A stretch of DNA of 64,000 nt from assembly GCA_030066665.1 (NCBI GenBank), contig JASJBD010000003.1, positions 3,565 through 67,564 of the forward strand, in the 5' to 3' direction. Within the stretch, counting starts at the first letter, position 1. Every line of letters begins with the position of its first letter. Source of the stretch: Gammaproteobacteria bacterium. Its GTDB lineage: Bacteria > Pseudomonadota > Gammaproteobacteria > Steroidobacterales > GCA-2729495. Under the pieces are notes generated by a model. It made no database searches, was not told the DNA's origin, and saw nothing but the letters and a program-made list of their open reading frames with translations. A program made the position numbers and the translations under genes. Below are positions 40,396 to 50,176 of this stretch, one piece after another.

Positions 40396-41067
40396 ATGAT
40401 GATCAGCTTCGAGTCGGTAACCAAGCGTTACGCCGGCGGCCGCGACGGCCTGAGCGAAGTGTCACTGCTGATCGAAAGCGGCGAACTCGCTTTCATTACC
40501 GGGCATTCCGGCGCTGGCAAAAGCACACTGCTGAAACTGATCGGCCTGATCGAACGCCCGACCCGGGGCCAGGTGCTGATGGATGGGCGCAACATCGGCC
40601 GCCTGCCAAGGCGCGCCATTCCGGCGCACCGGCGCAAGATTGGCATGGTCTTCCAGGATCACAAGCTGTTGCCGGACCGCTCCATCTTCGACAACGTCTC
40701 GCTGCCGCTGATTATTGCCGGCATGTCGCGACGGGATATCGAAAAGCGGGTGCGCGCCGCGCTCGACCAGGTCAGTCTGCTCGGTCGGGAAGCCCATCGC
40801 CCGGAGATGCTGTCGACCGGCGAGCAGCAACGCGTCGGCATCGCGCGCGCGGTCGTCAGCCGGCCAAAGCTGCTGATTGCTGACGAACCGACCGGGAATC
40901 TCGATCCGGCACTGTCGCTGGAAATCATGCTGTTGTTTCGACGGTTGAATGAAGTCGGCGTTACCACGCTGATCGCGACCCACGACATCGGGTTGCTCGA
41001 TCAACTGGGCGGTCGGCGGCTGATGCTGGACCAGGGTCGCCTGGCCGCGGACTTGCAGGCGCATTAG
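40396..41067 (+). CDS. ftsE: Cell-division ABC transporter ATP-binding protein FtsE
   Basis: Walker A is GHSGAGKST, the signature is LSTGEQQRVGIARA, and Walker B is LLIADEPTGNLD. Confidence 0.93.
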   Translation: MMISFESVTKRYAGGRDGLSEVSLLIESGELAFITGHSGAGKSTLLKLIGLIERPTRGQVLMDGRNIGRLPRRAIPAHRRKIGMVFQDHKLLPDRSIFDNVSLPLIIAGMSRRDIEKRVRAALDQVSLLGREAHRPEMLSTGEQQRVGIARAVVSRPKLLIADEPTGNLDPALSLEIMLLFRRLNEVGVTTLIATHDIGLLDQLGGRRLMLDQGRLAADLQAH

Positions 41068-41069
41068 CG

Positions 41070-41984
41070 ATGGGGAATTTCCTGATTCGCCACGCCCAGT
41101 CGTGTATTGCCGCGCTTGGCAAGTTGTGTCGCCATCCAATTGGCAGCGTGCTCACGATCGCGGTAATCGGCATCGCGCTGGCGCTGCCCGCCGGGCTCAG
41201 TGTCGTTGTGCGCAACGGCGAAGCAATAGCGGGCAACTGGGAGACCGCGCGGGATTTTTCCGTCTATCTGAAACCGGGTGTGTCGCTGGCAAGCGCGGAG
41301 AAACTTCGCGACGAGCTGGCACAAACCGCCGGCATTGCGAAAGTGGAATTGATCTCGGCCGACACTGCGCTGAGTCAATTTCAAGCCACGCCGACTTACG
41401 ATGCGGTGCTTGCCGTGCTCGACGACAACCCGCTGCCACATACTCTCGTCCTGCGACCGGAGGAGGCCGCGACGACCGAGGCAATGACCGCCATCGCCGA
41501 TGAGCTGACGGAGCGAGCGGACGTCGACCTGGTACAACTCGATACCGAATGGGTCGCGCGTCTGAATGCCATTCTGGATGTCGCGCGACGCAGCATCTGG
41601 ATTGCCGCGGTGCTGCTCGTTGGCGCTGTGATCGTGATCGTCGGCAATACCATTCGACTCGATATCCAGCACCAGCGGGCAGAAATTGAAGTGGCCAAGT
41701 TGTTGGGTGCCACCGACGCTTTCGTGCGGCGACCGTTTTTGTACACAGGCTTCTGGTACGGCCTGGTCGGCAGCCTGATCGCACTGGCGGTGCTGGCCCT
41801 CAGCCTGCTGTTGCTGAGCGATCCGGTGGCGCGTCTCAGTGCACTCTATGGCGGCGGCTTCCAGCCGCTCGGGCTGGACCGGGACGGCGCTTTCACTGTA
41901 CTTGGCGGGGGCCTGCTGGCCGGCCTGGGCGGCGCCTGGTCCGCCGTGGCCCGACACCTGGCGGACATCCAGCCGACTGTATAA
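41070..41984 (+). CDS. ftsX: Cell-division permease-like protein FtsX
   Basis: It follows ftsE by 2 nt. There are four TM segments and a periplasmic loop. EVAKLLGATDAFVRRPFLYTG is typical. Confidence 0.88.
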   Translation: MGNFLIRHAQSCIAALGKLCRHPIGSVLTIAVIGIALALPAGLSVVVRNGEAIAGNWETARDFSVYLKPGVSLASAEKLRDELAQTAGIAKVELISADTALSQFQATPTYDAVLAVLDDNPLPHTLVLRPEEAATTEAMTAIADELTERADVDLVQLDTEWVARLNAILDVARRSIWIAAVLLVGAVIVIVGNTIRLDIQHQRAEIEVAKLLGATDAFVRRPFLYTGFWYGLVGSLIALAVLALSLLLLSDPVARLSALYGGGFQPLGLDRDGAFTVLGGGLLAGLGGAWSAVARHLADIQPTV

Positions 41985-42022
41985 CCTGCTGTTTTAAAGA
42001 GATATTCTTGCCTGCCTGGGCC

Positions 42023-42050
42023 GGAACTTACCCGGCGTTTAGCACTCTAA
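42023..42050 (+). promoter_or_regulatory. Sigma-E (RpoE/AlgU)-type promoter upstream of rpoH
   Basis: GGAACTT-N16-TCTAA matches the extracytoplasmic-stress sigma consensus GGAACTT-N15-17-TCnAA. The -10 ends 42 nt before the rpoH ATG. Confidence 0.45.
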
Positions 42051-42092
42051 CGACGCGAGTGCTAAAATTGGCCGCAGAGAGGAGTACGCCTG

Positions 42093-42956
42093 ATGACCAC
42101 CGCCCTTGCCGCACCGCAACGCGACCTGATCCTTGCCGGACCAGTCGGCAGCCTGGATAGCTATATCCAGGCCGTTAACGCAGTGCCGGTGCTCAGCGCG
42201 GAGGAAGAGCAACAGCTGGCGCGTCGGTTCCGCGATGAGCAGGACCTCGAGGCAGCCCGCCAGCTCGTGCTGTCACAGCTGCGATTCGTCGTGCACATTG
42301 CGCGCGGCTACCTCGGCTACGGACTGCCCCTGGGTGATCTCATCCAGGAGGGCAACATTGGCCTCATGAAGGCGGTCAAGCGATTCGATCCGGAGATGAA
42401 CGTTCGGCTCGTATCATTTGCCGTACACTGGATTCGGGCCGAGATTCACGAATTCGTGCTGCGCAACTGGCGCCTGGTCAAGGTTGCAACGACGAAGGCG
42501 CAGCGCAAACTGTTTTTCAACCTGCGCAAGGCCAAGAAACACCTGGGTTGGCTATCACAGGAAGAAACCGAAGCGGTTGCAAAAGACCTCGGCGTATCGG
42601 CCCGGGAAGTGACGGAAATGGAGCAGAGACTATCTGCGCATGACCTCGCTTTCGATCCCGCGCCCGATGCCGATGACGAGGAAGCCTTCGCGCCGGCGCA
42701 TTTTCTCCCGAATCCCGATCCGGATCCCGCCACCTCCGTCGAAGCCGACGACTGGCACGATCAGGCCAGTGAGCGACTCGCTGCCGCAATGACGCAACTC
42801 GACGAACGCAGCCGCGAGATACTGGCGGCGCGCTGGTTGGCCGAAAAGAAGACGACGCTACAGGTGCTCGCCGATCGTTACGGGGTCTCGGCAGAACGCA
42901 TCCGCCAGCTCGAAAGCCAGGCAATCCGCAAACTTCGCAGCAAACTCGCGGTTTAA
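42093..42956 (+). CDS. rpoH: RNA polymerase sigma-32 heat-shock factor
   Basis: The RpoH box is [12 protein letters not shown]. Regions 2 and 4 are conserved ([28 protein letters not shown]). GAGAGGAG RBS. Confidence 0.96.
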   Translation: MTTALAAPQRDLILAGPVGSLDSYIQAVNAVPVLSAEEEQQLARRFRDEQDLEAARQLVLSQLRFVVHIARGYLGYGLPLGDLIQEGNIGLMKAVKRFDPEMNVRLVSFAVHWIRAEIHEFVLRNWRLVKVATTKAQRKLFFNLRKAKKHLGWLSQEETEAVAKDLGVSAREVTEMEQRLSAHDLAFDPAPDADDEEAFAPAHFLPNPDPDPATSVEADDWHDQASERLAAAMTQLDERSREILAARWLAEKKTTLQVLADRYGVSAERIRQLESQAIRKLRSKLAV

Positions 42957-43636
42957 GCTGGCGACGTCAGCGGTACGATCGTAATCTCGACGCGCCGGTT
43001 CAGGCTGCGACCTTCACTGGAATCATTGGTGGCGATCGGCCGGGTTTCGCCGGCGCCAACCGGAATGAAGCGGTCACCCCGCACTTCGCGCGAGATAAAG
43101 TAGGACACCACGCTGTTCGCGCGTCTTTCCGACAATAACTGATTGTAATCGTGCGATCCGGTGCTATCAGTGTGCCCGGCGACCTCGATGAAGGTCTTCT
43201 CGAATTCGTTCAATACGAGCGCAACGGAATCGAGCACCGGATAGAAGTCCGCGCTGATATCCGCGTTATCGACCGCGAATGTGACGTTACCGGGCATATT
43301 CAACGTGATGTTGTCGCCGATACGCGTAACGCTGACCCCGGTACCTTCGAGGCGCTTACGCAATTTCAATTCCTGCTGGTCGGTATAGTAACCAACGGCA
43401 CCACCACCCAGTGCACCGATACCGGCGCCGATCAGTGCGTTCTTCTTTCGCTCGGATGAATCATCACCCGTAATCAGGCCGACCACCGCACCACCGGCTG
43501 CACCGATCAGCGCACCCTTGGTGACATTGCTGGTCTTCTCTTCCTGGGTATACGGGTCGAACGTGGTACAGGAACTCACCACGAAAGCAACCAAACCAAC
43601 GAGACTAAGCCTCTTACTGACCACGCGAATATCCAT
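42953..43636 (-). CDS. OmpA-family lipoprotein with an N-terminal glycine-zipper region
   Basis: Start moved to [23 protein letters not shown] (lipobox). Gly-zipper is [17 protein letters not shown]. The OmpA_C motifs are [28 protein letters not shown] and NRRVEI. Confidence 0.82.
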   Translation of the reverse strand: MDIRVVSKRLSLVGLVAFVVSSCTTFDPYTQEEKTSNVTKGALIGAAGGAVVGLITGDDSSERKKNALIGAGIGALGGGAVGYYTDQQELKLRKRLEGTGVSVTRIGDNITLNMPGNVTFAVDNADISADFYPVLDSVALVLNEFEKTFIEVAGHTDSTGSHDYNQLLSERRANSVVSYFISREVRGDRFIPVGAGETRPIATNDSSEGRSLNRRVEITIVPLTSPA

Positions 43637-43822
43637 TTCCGCATCACTCCCGATTGCGCGCACAACTCAAGCGGGCGCTTTATCGCATAAGCTCACAATC
43701 GATACAACGTTTTGATCCGCAGAACGTTGACCGGTCACTTTATCCATATTTGTCAGCATGTTACGTGGCCATTCTGGTCAAATCGCAGGCGCCCCGATGA
43801 GCCGGTCCCGCTTGACTTGCAG

Positions 43823-44653
43823 ATGTCCGAGCGATTCTCATGCCTGTTCGTTCCAGACTGGTGCCGTGACGTCGGTAGTGCAAAGAACGTGGACCCCGTA
43901 GAGAAACTGCGATTGGCTTATCGTGGGTGGCGTTATGCCTGGCGCACGGAGCGGCAGGAAATCGCGTTGGTCAGGCGCCTGATTCGTCCAGGCGACTGTG
44001 CCATCGACGTGGGTGCGCACAAGGCCGCGTTCACTTACTGGATGGCTAAACGCGCCGGCAAAGCGGGGCTGGTTTTGGCTTTTGAACCGATTCCGGAACT
44101 GGCCAACTACCTGCGCAGTTACGCGGGCAGTTTTTCCGACGGGCGGCTGCGCGTCTATGAGCTGGGCCTGTCGAGTGAGCCCGGTACCGCGACATTGCAT
44201 TTCCCGAGAAACAACCTCGGCGGCGCATCCATCGAAATCACTGATGATGTCATGCGGCCGCCGATAGATATCACGGTGACCACCCTGGACGGGTGTTTGT
44301 CGGAGCTCGATCAGGCCCGACCCGTGACCTTCATCAAGTGCGACGTGGAGCAACATGAACTGGCCGTGTTCCAGGGTGCGAACGTCACGCTGACAACGCA
44401 CAAGCCCGTCGTGTTGTTCGAATCCGGAAATCTCGCAACGGGCGCCAGTGCCTATCGCCCCGTCTTCGATCTGCTCGAATCGGCCGGCTATTCGGGTTAC
44501 TTCTTTGGCGAAAGCTCATTGATCCCGGTCGACGAATTCAGTCCCGAGCGATATCCGGTGCGCGAGGATTCCGCGCAAAACTATGTGTTCGTGCACCCCG
44601 AGCGCATGCAGCAGGATGCACGCTGCGCCGCTACTTTCCGGATTGCCGCCTGA
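43823..44653 (+). CDS. FkbM-family SAM-dependent methyltransferase (start uncertain; track start is TTG 43712)
   Basis: CAIDVGAHKAAFTYWMA...FEPIPE...IKCDVEQHELAVFQG is the pattern typical of FkbM methyltransferases. Confidence 0.7.
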   Translation: MSERFSCLFVPDWCRDVGSAKNVDPVEKLRLAYRGWRYAWRTERQEIALVRRLIRPGDCAIDVGAHKAAFTYWMAKRAGKAGLVLAFEPIPELANYLRSYAGSFSDGRLRVYELGLSSEPGTATLHFPRNNLGGASIEITDDVMRPPIDITVTTLDGCLSELDQARPVTFIKCDVEQHELAVFQGANVTLTTHKPVVLFESGNLATGASAYRPVFDLLESAGYSGYFFGESSLIPVDEFSPERYPVREDSAQNYVFVHPERMQQDARCAATFRIAA

Positions 44654-45121
44654 ATGAGCATCATTGGTCATTGGCTCGCGGAATACGCGAAAGATCACCA
44701 GCATCCTGTCAATCAGACGTTGCACAAGATCTGCGTGCCGTTGATCGTACTCAGTCTGATCGGGTTGATGTGGTCGATCCCGGTGCCAGCGGAATTCACG
44801 AAAATATCGCCCGCCCTGAACTGGGCAACAGCGTTTCTGTTTGCGTCCATGGTCTACTACCTGATCATGTCCATACCGCTAGCCATCGGGATGATTCCGC
44901 TGGTCCTGCTCGTAGTCGTGATCGTGAACTGGATGGACAGTTTGTCATGGCCGCTTTGGGCAAGCTCGCTGGTGATCTTTGTGCTGGCCTGGGCAGGTCA
45001 GTTCATCGGCCATGCCGTGGAAGGCAAACGACCGGCATTCTTCCGGGACCTGCAGTTTCTGATGATCGGGCCGCTCTGGATCCTGGCCGGGGTTTATCGC
45101 CGCCTCGGCATTCCCTACTGA
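44654..45121 (+). CDS. DUF962 (Mpo1/YGL010w-like) membrane protein
   Basis: ATG directly follows the upstream TGA. EYAKDHQHPVNQTLHKICVPLIVLSLIG...GHAVEGKRPAFFRDLQFLMIGPLW. Confidence 0.7.
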   Translation: MSIIGHWLAEYAKDHQHPVNQTLHKICVPLIVLSLIGLMWSIPVPAEFTKISPALNWATAFLFASMVYYLIMSIPLAIGMIPLVLLVVVIVNWMDSLSWPLWASSLVIFVLAWAGQFIGHAVEGKRPAFFRDLQFLMIGPLWILAGVYRRLGIPY

Positions 45122-45134
45122 GCTGTCGACAGTC

Positions 45135-46487
45135 TTGAACGAACGCTCCAGCGAGGCTTACGGGCACGGCGCAGTCTGGCGCATTGCCGGGCCGATGATC
45201 CTGTCTGCCGTCACCACACCGCTATTGGGGATGGTGGATACCGCGGTCGTCGGCCATCTGCCCGATCCCATCTATCTCGGCGCCGTCGCGGTGGGCGCCA
45301 CAATCTTCACGACGGTGTTCATGGGCCTGAATTTCCTGCGCATGGGCACGACCGGAATCACCGCGCAGACTTACGGCGCCGGCGACCCGGAGGCGATCCG
45401 GGCATCTCTCGGGCAGGCCGCGATTACCGCCGGGTGTCTGGCAGCAATCATCCTCGTGCTGCAACAACCGCTACTGGTGCTGGCAATGCAGCTGCTCGCG
45501 CCCAGCCCGGAAGTGGCGGCGCTGACCGGCGATTACTTTCGCATCCGGGTCTGGAGCGCACCGGCATCGCTGCTGAATTTCGTGCTTATGGGCTGGCTGC
45601 TCGGTATGCAGAACGCCCGCGGCGTTCTCGTGATGACGCTCACGATCAACAGCGCCAATATTCTGCTGGACCTGTGGTTCGTGCTCGGGCTCGGGCTCGA
45701 CGTCCGAGGCGTCGCGGCTGCTACCCTGCTGGCCGAACTTTTCGGCACGTGCGTCGGCGTGGTGTTCGTGCGCGCAGAACTCGCCAACTGGCCCGGCCAA
45801 TGGTCCGGTGCCGCGCTGGCCCAGCTCCGTCGCTACCGACGCCTGTTCGATGTCAATGCGAACCTGTTCCTGCGAACCATGGCGCTGATGTTCGTTTTTG
45901 CCTTCATCACGGCCCGCGGTGCGCGCTTGGGCGACGTCGTCCTCGCGGCCAATGCCGTGCTGATGAATTTCCAGTTCCTTTTGTCCTATGCGTTGGACGG
46001 TATTGCTCACGCCGCCGAAGCACTGGTCGGCAAGGCGGTCGGCGCGCGCAACCGCGACGGCATGTTGCTTGCCGTGCGACGCACGTTCAGCTGGTCGCTG
46101 CTGTTCGCCGGCTTGTTCACGCTCGGTTTTTTTGTCGCCGGCGGCCTGTTGATCGATGCACTGACCGGCATTGATGCGGTCCGGGATACGGCGCGCGAAT
46201 ACTTGCCCTGGCTGATCGTGTCGCCGCTGATCTCGTTCTGGAGCTTCCTCTACGACGGCGTTTACGTCGGCGCAACCCGGTCTCGTGAAATGATGGTCAT
46301 CATGGTCGGTGCCGCGCTGCTGCTCTTTCTGCCAGCCTGGTACGTGGCCGATGCCGCCGGCCTGGGCAATCACGCACTGTGGCTGGCTTTCACGTTATTC
46401 ATGGCCGGCCGTGCGCTCGGCATGCATGCCTGGTGGCGACGCATCGTCGGGGCCAATTTCTATTTTCCGGAGGGAACTCGCCCATGA
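45135..46487 (+). CDS. dinF: MATE family efflux transporter (DinF-like)
   Basis: WRIAGPMILSAVTTPLLGMVDTAVVGHL is a DinF-type N-terminus. 12 TM segments. TTG start. Confidence 0.82.
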   Translation: MNERSSEAYGHGAVWRIAGPMILSAVTTPLLGMVDTAVVGHLPDPIYLGAVAVGATIFTTVFMGLNFLRMGTTGITAQTYGAGDPEAIRASLGQAAITAGCLAAIILVLQQPLLVLAMQLLAPSPEVAALTGDYFRIRVWSAPASLLNFVLMGWLLGMQNARGVLVMTLTINSANILLDLWFVLGLGLDVRGVAAATLLAELFGTCVGVVFVRAELANWPGQWSGAALAQLRRYRRLFDVNANLFLRTMALMFVFAFITARGARLGDVVLAANAVLMNFQFLLSYALDGIAHAAEALVGKAVGARNRDGMLLAVRRTFSWSLLFAGLFTLGFFVAGGLLIDALTGIDAVRDTAREYLPWLIVSPLISFWSFLYDGVYVGATRSREMMVIMVGAALLLFLPAWYVADAAGLGNHALWLAFTLFMAGRALGMHAWWRRIVGANFYFPEGTRP

Positions 46488-47044
46488 TCGAACCGCGGAA
46501 TCCATGGCGGACACTGGCCATTCGCGAGGTATTCGACAACCCGTGGATCCGGGTCACCGCCGAAGATGTGCTCAAGCCGTCGGGCAACCCTGCCATTTAC
46601 GGCAAGGTCAGCTTCAAGAACATCGCCTGCGGCATCATCCCGCTGGCTGAAAATGGCGATACATGGCTGGTCGGCCAGCACCGCTACACGCTGGATCTTT
46701 ACTCCTGGGAGATCCCGATGGGCGGCGTGCCGCGCGACGAGGACACCCTGATCGGGGCCCGGCGGGAACTGCGCGAGGAAACGGGCCTCAGCGCCCGGCG
46801 CTGGAGCCATGTGCTGACCTGTCATTTGAGCAATTCCATAACCGACGAAGTCGGCGAGGTATACCTTGCCGAGGACCTCAGTCAGGGCGACCCGGACTTC
46901 GACGATAGCGAAGAACTGCAGATTCGGCGGCTGCCGTTTCGTGAGGCACTGGACATGGCCATGAACGGCGACATTTCCGACGTGTTGAGCGTGGCCGGCC
47001 TGCTGAAGCTTGCAACCCTGCGGCCGCAGCTCATGTCGGCGTAG
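46484..47044 (+). CDS. NUDIX hydrolase
   Basis: Start moved to MIEPRNPWRTL (ATGA overlap with the MATE stop). The Nudix box is GGVPRDEDTLIGARRELREETGL. Confidence 0.85.
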   Translation: MIEPRNPWRTLAIREVFDNPWIRVTAEDVLKPSGNPAIYGKVSFKNIACGIIPLAENGDTWLVGQHRYTLDLYSWEIPMGGVPRDEDTLIGARRELREETGLSARRWSHVLTCHLSNSITDEVGEVYLAEDLSQGDPDFDDSEELQIRRLPFREALDMAMNGDISDVLSVAGLLKLATLRPQLMSA

Positions 47045-47091
47045 ATTTATTTGCGTCGAATTTGCGCCGCGTCAGTATAATCGCCGGCATC

Positions 47092-48111
47092 ATGACGACC
47101 ACTGCAGTACTCATACCGGGCGATGGCATCGGACCGGAAATTACCGCCGCGACGTTGCGCGTGCTCGATGCAGCCGACGCAAACATCGACTGGGTCGAAC
47201 GCCAGGCGGGCGTTGCCGCGATGGACGCAGGCGATGACGTCTTGCCGCAAAGTACGCTCGACGCGATTGACGAGCACAAAGTTGCGCTAAAAGGGCCATG
47301 CACGACGCCGGTCGGCAAAGGCTTTCAGTCGGTCAATGTGCAGCTGCGCAAGGCCTTTGATCTCTATGCCGCCGTCCGCCCGGTACGCAACATGCCAGGC
47401 GTCGAAACGCCGTTCAGCAACGTCGACATCGTGGTGGTGCGGGAAAACACCGAGAGCCTCTATAGCGGCGTGGAAAACGAGATCACGCCCGGTGTCGTCA
47501 TGAGTATGAAAGTGGCGACTTTGAAGGGATGCACCCGGGTTGCCCGCTGGGCCTTCAATTACGCGAAGCAGCGCAACCGCCGCAAGGTCACGGTGTTTCA
47601 CAAAGCCAATATCATGAAACTCACGGACGGCATGTTCCTGGATTGCGCCGGTAAGGTTCACGAGCAGGAACACAGCGACGTCGATTACGATACCATGATC
47701 ATCGATGCCGCCTGCATGCGCCTGGTGCAGGATCCGAGCCGTTTCGACGTATTGTTGCTCGAGAATCTCTACGGCGACGTAGTCAGTGATTTGTGCGCGG
47801 GCCTGGTTGGTGGGCTTGGCGTGATTCCCGGGGCAAATTTCGGCGACGACGGCGCCATCTTCGAGGCCGTGCACGGCTCGGCGCCGGACATTGCCGGCCA
47901 GAATCTCGCCAACCCGCTCGCGCTGCTGATGTCCGCCGTGATGATGCTCAACTACCTGGCCGACCGGGACGGGAACGACGCCCACCGGCAGTCCGCCGAA
48001 CGTATCAAGAAAGCCTACGATGAGGCGCTGACGAACGGGCAGAAGACGCGCGATCTGGGCGGTTCGCTGAATACCGACGAATTCGCCGACGTGGTGATAC
48101 AGAATTTGTAG
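47092..48111 (+). CDS. NAD-type isocitrate dehydrogenase (isocitrate/isopropylmalate dehydrogenase family)
   Basis: AVLIPGDGIGPEI...LRKAFDLYAAVRPVRNMPGV...VVVRENTESLYSG...NLYGDVVSDL...HGSAPDIAGQNLANP. The homology resembles IDH3-type enzymes. Substrate assignment is not certain. Confidence 0.8.
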   Translation: MTTTAVLIPGDGIGPEITAATLRVLDAADANIDWVERQAGVAAMDAGDDVLPQSTLDAIDEHKVALKGPCTTPVGKGFQSVNVQLRKAFDLYAAVRPVRNMPGVETPFSNVDIVVVRENTESLYSGVENEITPGVVMSMKVATLKGCTRVARWAFNYAKQRNRRKVTVFHKANIMKLTDGMFLDCAGKVHEQEHSDVDYDTMIIDAACMRLVQDPSRFDVLLLENLYGDVVSDLCAGLVGGLGVIPGANFGDDGAIFEAVHGSAPDIAGQNLANPLALLMSAVMMLNYLADRDGNDAHRQSAERIKKAYDEALTNGQKTRDLGGSLNTDEFADVVIQNL

Positions 48112-50067
48112 TTAGTGCACAGCAGCCCGCGACTCGACGCTCTGCAAATGGGTCGCGAGAAATTCGCCAATACGGTCGAGCATGTCGACACGGTATTCAT
48201 TCCGCCAGATACCATGCTCCGCGTCATCGTAGATCACAAGGGTGGTTTTCTTACCTGCCTTTCTCAGCGCCTTGTGCAATTTCTTGCTGTGCTGGACATC
48301 AACATTGACGTCCTCGTCGCCATGAAACAGTAGAACCGGGACGCTTATTTCGCCCGCGCGCTTCAATGGCGAACCGTGACGCAGAACCTCTTCGTCGTCG
48401 CCAATCATTTCGCGTACGAGCTTCCGATTAACGAAATAGCGAGCATCCTGAATCAATTCTCCGGGGTCGGTTACGCCGGCGATGCTGACCACGCAGCGAT
48501 AAAGCTCTCGCTCCTCAATCGCACTCATCAACGCCGCATATCCACCGTAGCTCCAACCAACAACGCAAAGGCGCGACGGATCGATCATCTCTTCGTCGAT
48601 CAGCGATTGAACACCGTCGGTGATATCACCAATTGCCTGGCGCCAGGCACGAAAACCGCCTTCACCGACCCAGGCATCGCCATAGCCGCCTGACCCGCGA
48701 AAATTAACCTGTAACACCGCATAATCGAGCGCCGCGAAGTACTGGACGAGCCAGTCAAATCCCCACTCGTCACGGCTTTCGGGGCCGCCATGAGGCAAAA
48801 CAACAAGTGGCGGCGCATGGTCCGCATGATCGGCCGGCAGAGTCAGATAACCCGGAACGCGCGTGCCGTCACTTGCCTGAAAGGCGTAAGGCCGCATCGG
48901 CGACAGACTGCGCTCCGTCAGTTGCGGATATTTCGGCCACAGTCCCTTGAGCTTGCTGTTATTGATGTCGAAAAGATAGTAACCACCGGGATTCATGTCG
49001 CCGCTGACATGCAGGAGGTACACACCGCGATCCCAGCTTTCGTCCACCACCGAAATAGCCTGCCCGGGAAAGGTCGGACGCACACGTGCAATCACGCGCT
49101 CAATGTCCTCGTCGAAAAAGTGATAGCGAGAGGCATCCGTGACATATCGGATCGCAACGAGTCGGCGGTACTTGCCAAGCCGGTAGTAACCGCCGAGGTC
49201 CACCTCATCGTGAGCGAAAACGAGTCGCTCGTTACCGCTTGGAAGATCTCTGGCGAACAACGACAATCGATTGTTATACGGCTGGAGAACTAGCAGCTCT
49301 TGCCGGGTCGCACCGAACCCAATTGGCAGAAACGTATCGTGCCTGTCTTCGATCGGGCGCTCATGTAACAGCTGCCACTTGCGCTCATTGGCCGGCCGGT
49401 AATCCCACCGGAGAGTCTTGGGCGAAAGGTACATCCGCACGCGCGGTTCGCCGTGGCCGTCCGTCAGCCACTCGCGAATACCGGCACGCGGCCGAATGAC
49501 CAGGCCGACCGATCCGTCGTAGATATTCAGCTTGGCAACGCCAGTGCCGTTATTCTCCGGCATCTCCACGAGCACATGGTCGTGGTCATCGGGCATCCAG
49601 TCGACGATTTCGTCCTGAAACTGCGCCCGGGTTCGTTGGCGAATCAGGCGATTCTGCAACATCACCTTTGCGTTTTCTCCGTCCGGATCAACCGCAACGA
49701 GCCGCGTGGTAACCCAGCGAGTGCGGCCGTCCGTGTCTATCCCGGTGAAACCGCAAAGAAGCCGCTCGTCATTCGCCCAATTGCACCAGCGCAGCTCGAA
49801 ACGATCCTTCTTGCTGGTGAGGAATGGCTTGTTCGAACCATCCATCGTAACGACGTATCCCGTCGCCATATCTTGCTCTTCGAGCATGTGGAGGAAGGAA
49901 ATTCGCGATCCGTCCGGTGACAGGCGCGCGCCCCACAGCTCCGGCAGACGACCGAAGGCCACGGCGAGTTCGCCAGGTTCTTCAGCGGCGTGTGCGGCTG
50001 CTGAAACGCCCATCAATGCCGAACCAGTCAGCATTAGGGCGACCAATTTGCGCGGGTCGAGGCGCAT
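48112..50067 (-). CDS. S9 family serine peptidase (prolyl oligopeptidase/dipeptidyl aminopeptidase type)
   Basis: Start moved to MRLDPRKLVALMLTGSALMGVSAAAHA (signal peptide). There is a beta-propeller region, then GWSYGGY (GxSxG), LLFHGDEDVNV and AEHG. Confidence 0.85.
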   Translation of the reverse strand: MRLDPRKLVALMLTGSALMGVSAAAHAAEEPGELAVAFGRLPELWGARLSPDGSRISFLHMLEEQDMATGYVVTMDGSNKPFLTSKKDRFELRWCNWANDERLLCGFTGIDTDGRTRWVTTRLVAVDPDGENAKVMLQNRLIRQRTRAQFQDEIVDWMPDDHDHVLVEMPENNGTGVAKLNIYDGSVGLVIRPRAGIREWLTDGHGEPRVRMYLSPKTLRWDYRPANERKWQLLHERPIEDRHDTFLPIGFGATRQELLVLQPYNNRLSLFARDLPSGNERLVFAHDEVDLGGYYRLGKYRRLVAIRYVTDASRYHFFDEDIERVIARVRPTFPGQAISVVDESWDRGVYLLHVSGDMNPGGYYLFDINNSKLKGLWPKYPQLTERSLSPMRPYAFQASDGTRVPGYLTLPADHADHAPPLVVLPHGGPESRDEWGFDWLVQYFAALDYAVLQVNFRGSGGYGDAWVGEGGFRAWRQAIGDITDGVQSLIDEEMIDPSRLCVVGWSYGGYAALMSAIEERELYRCVVSIAGVTDPGELIQDARYFVNRKLVREMIGDDEEVLRHGSPLKRAGEISVPVLLFHGDEDVNVDVQHSKKLHKALRKAGKKTTLVIYDDAEHGIWRNEYRVDMLDRIGEFLATHLQSVESRAAVH

Positions 50068-50176
50068 GCGAAAGTCTCTGCACACCGCTCCGAATGAAGT
50101 TCTTTTGGAAAGAATATCCGAAAAGTGGTCCTTTTCGAACTTCATCGCCACCGGCCGGGCCGGGCTGCGGTCCGCG

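Noticed and set aside
47076-47081. TATAAT hexamer 10 nt upstream of the isocitrate dehydrogenase ATG
   Set aside because: It would imply an essentially leaderless mRNA. The nearest -35-like hexamer (TTGCGT) sits at a 19-nt spacer. This is too weak to call a promoter.
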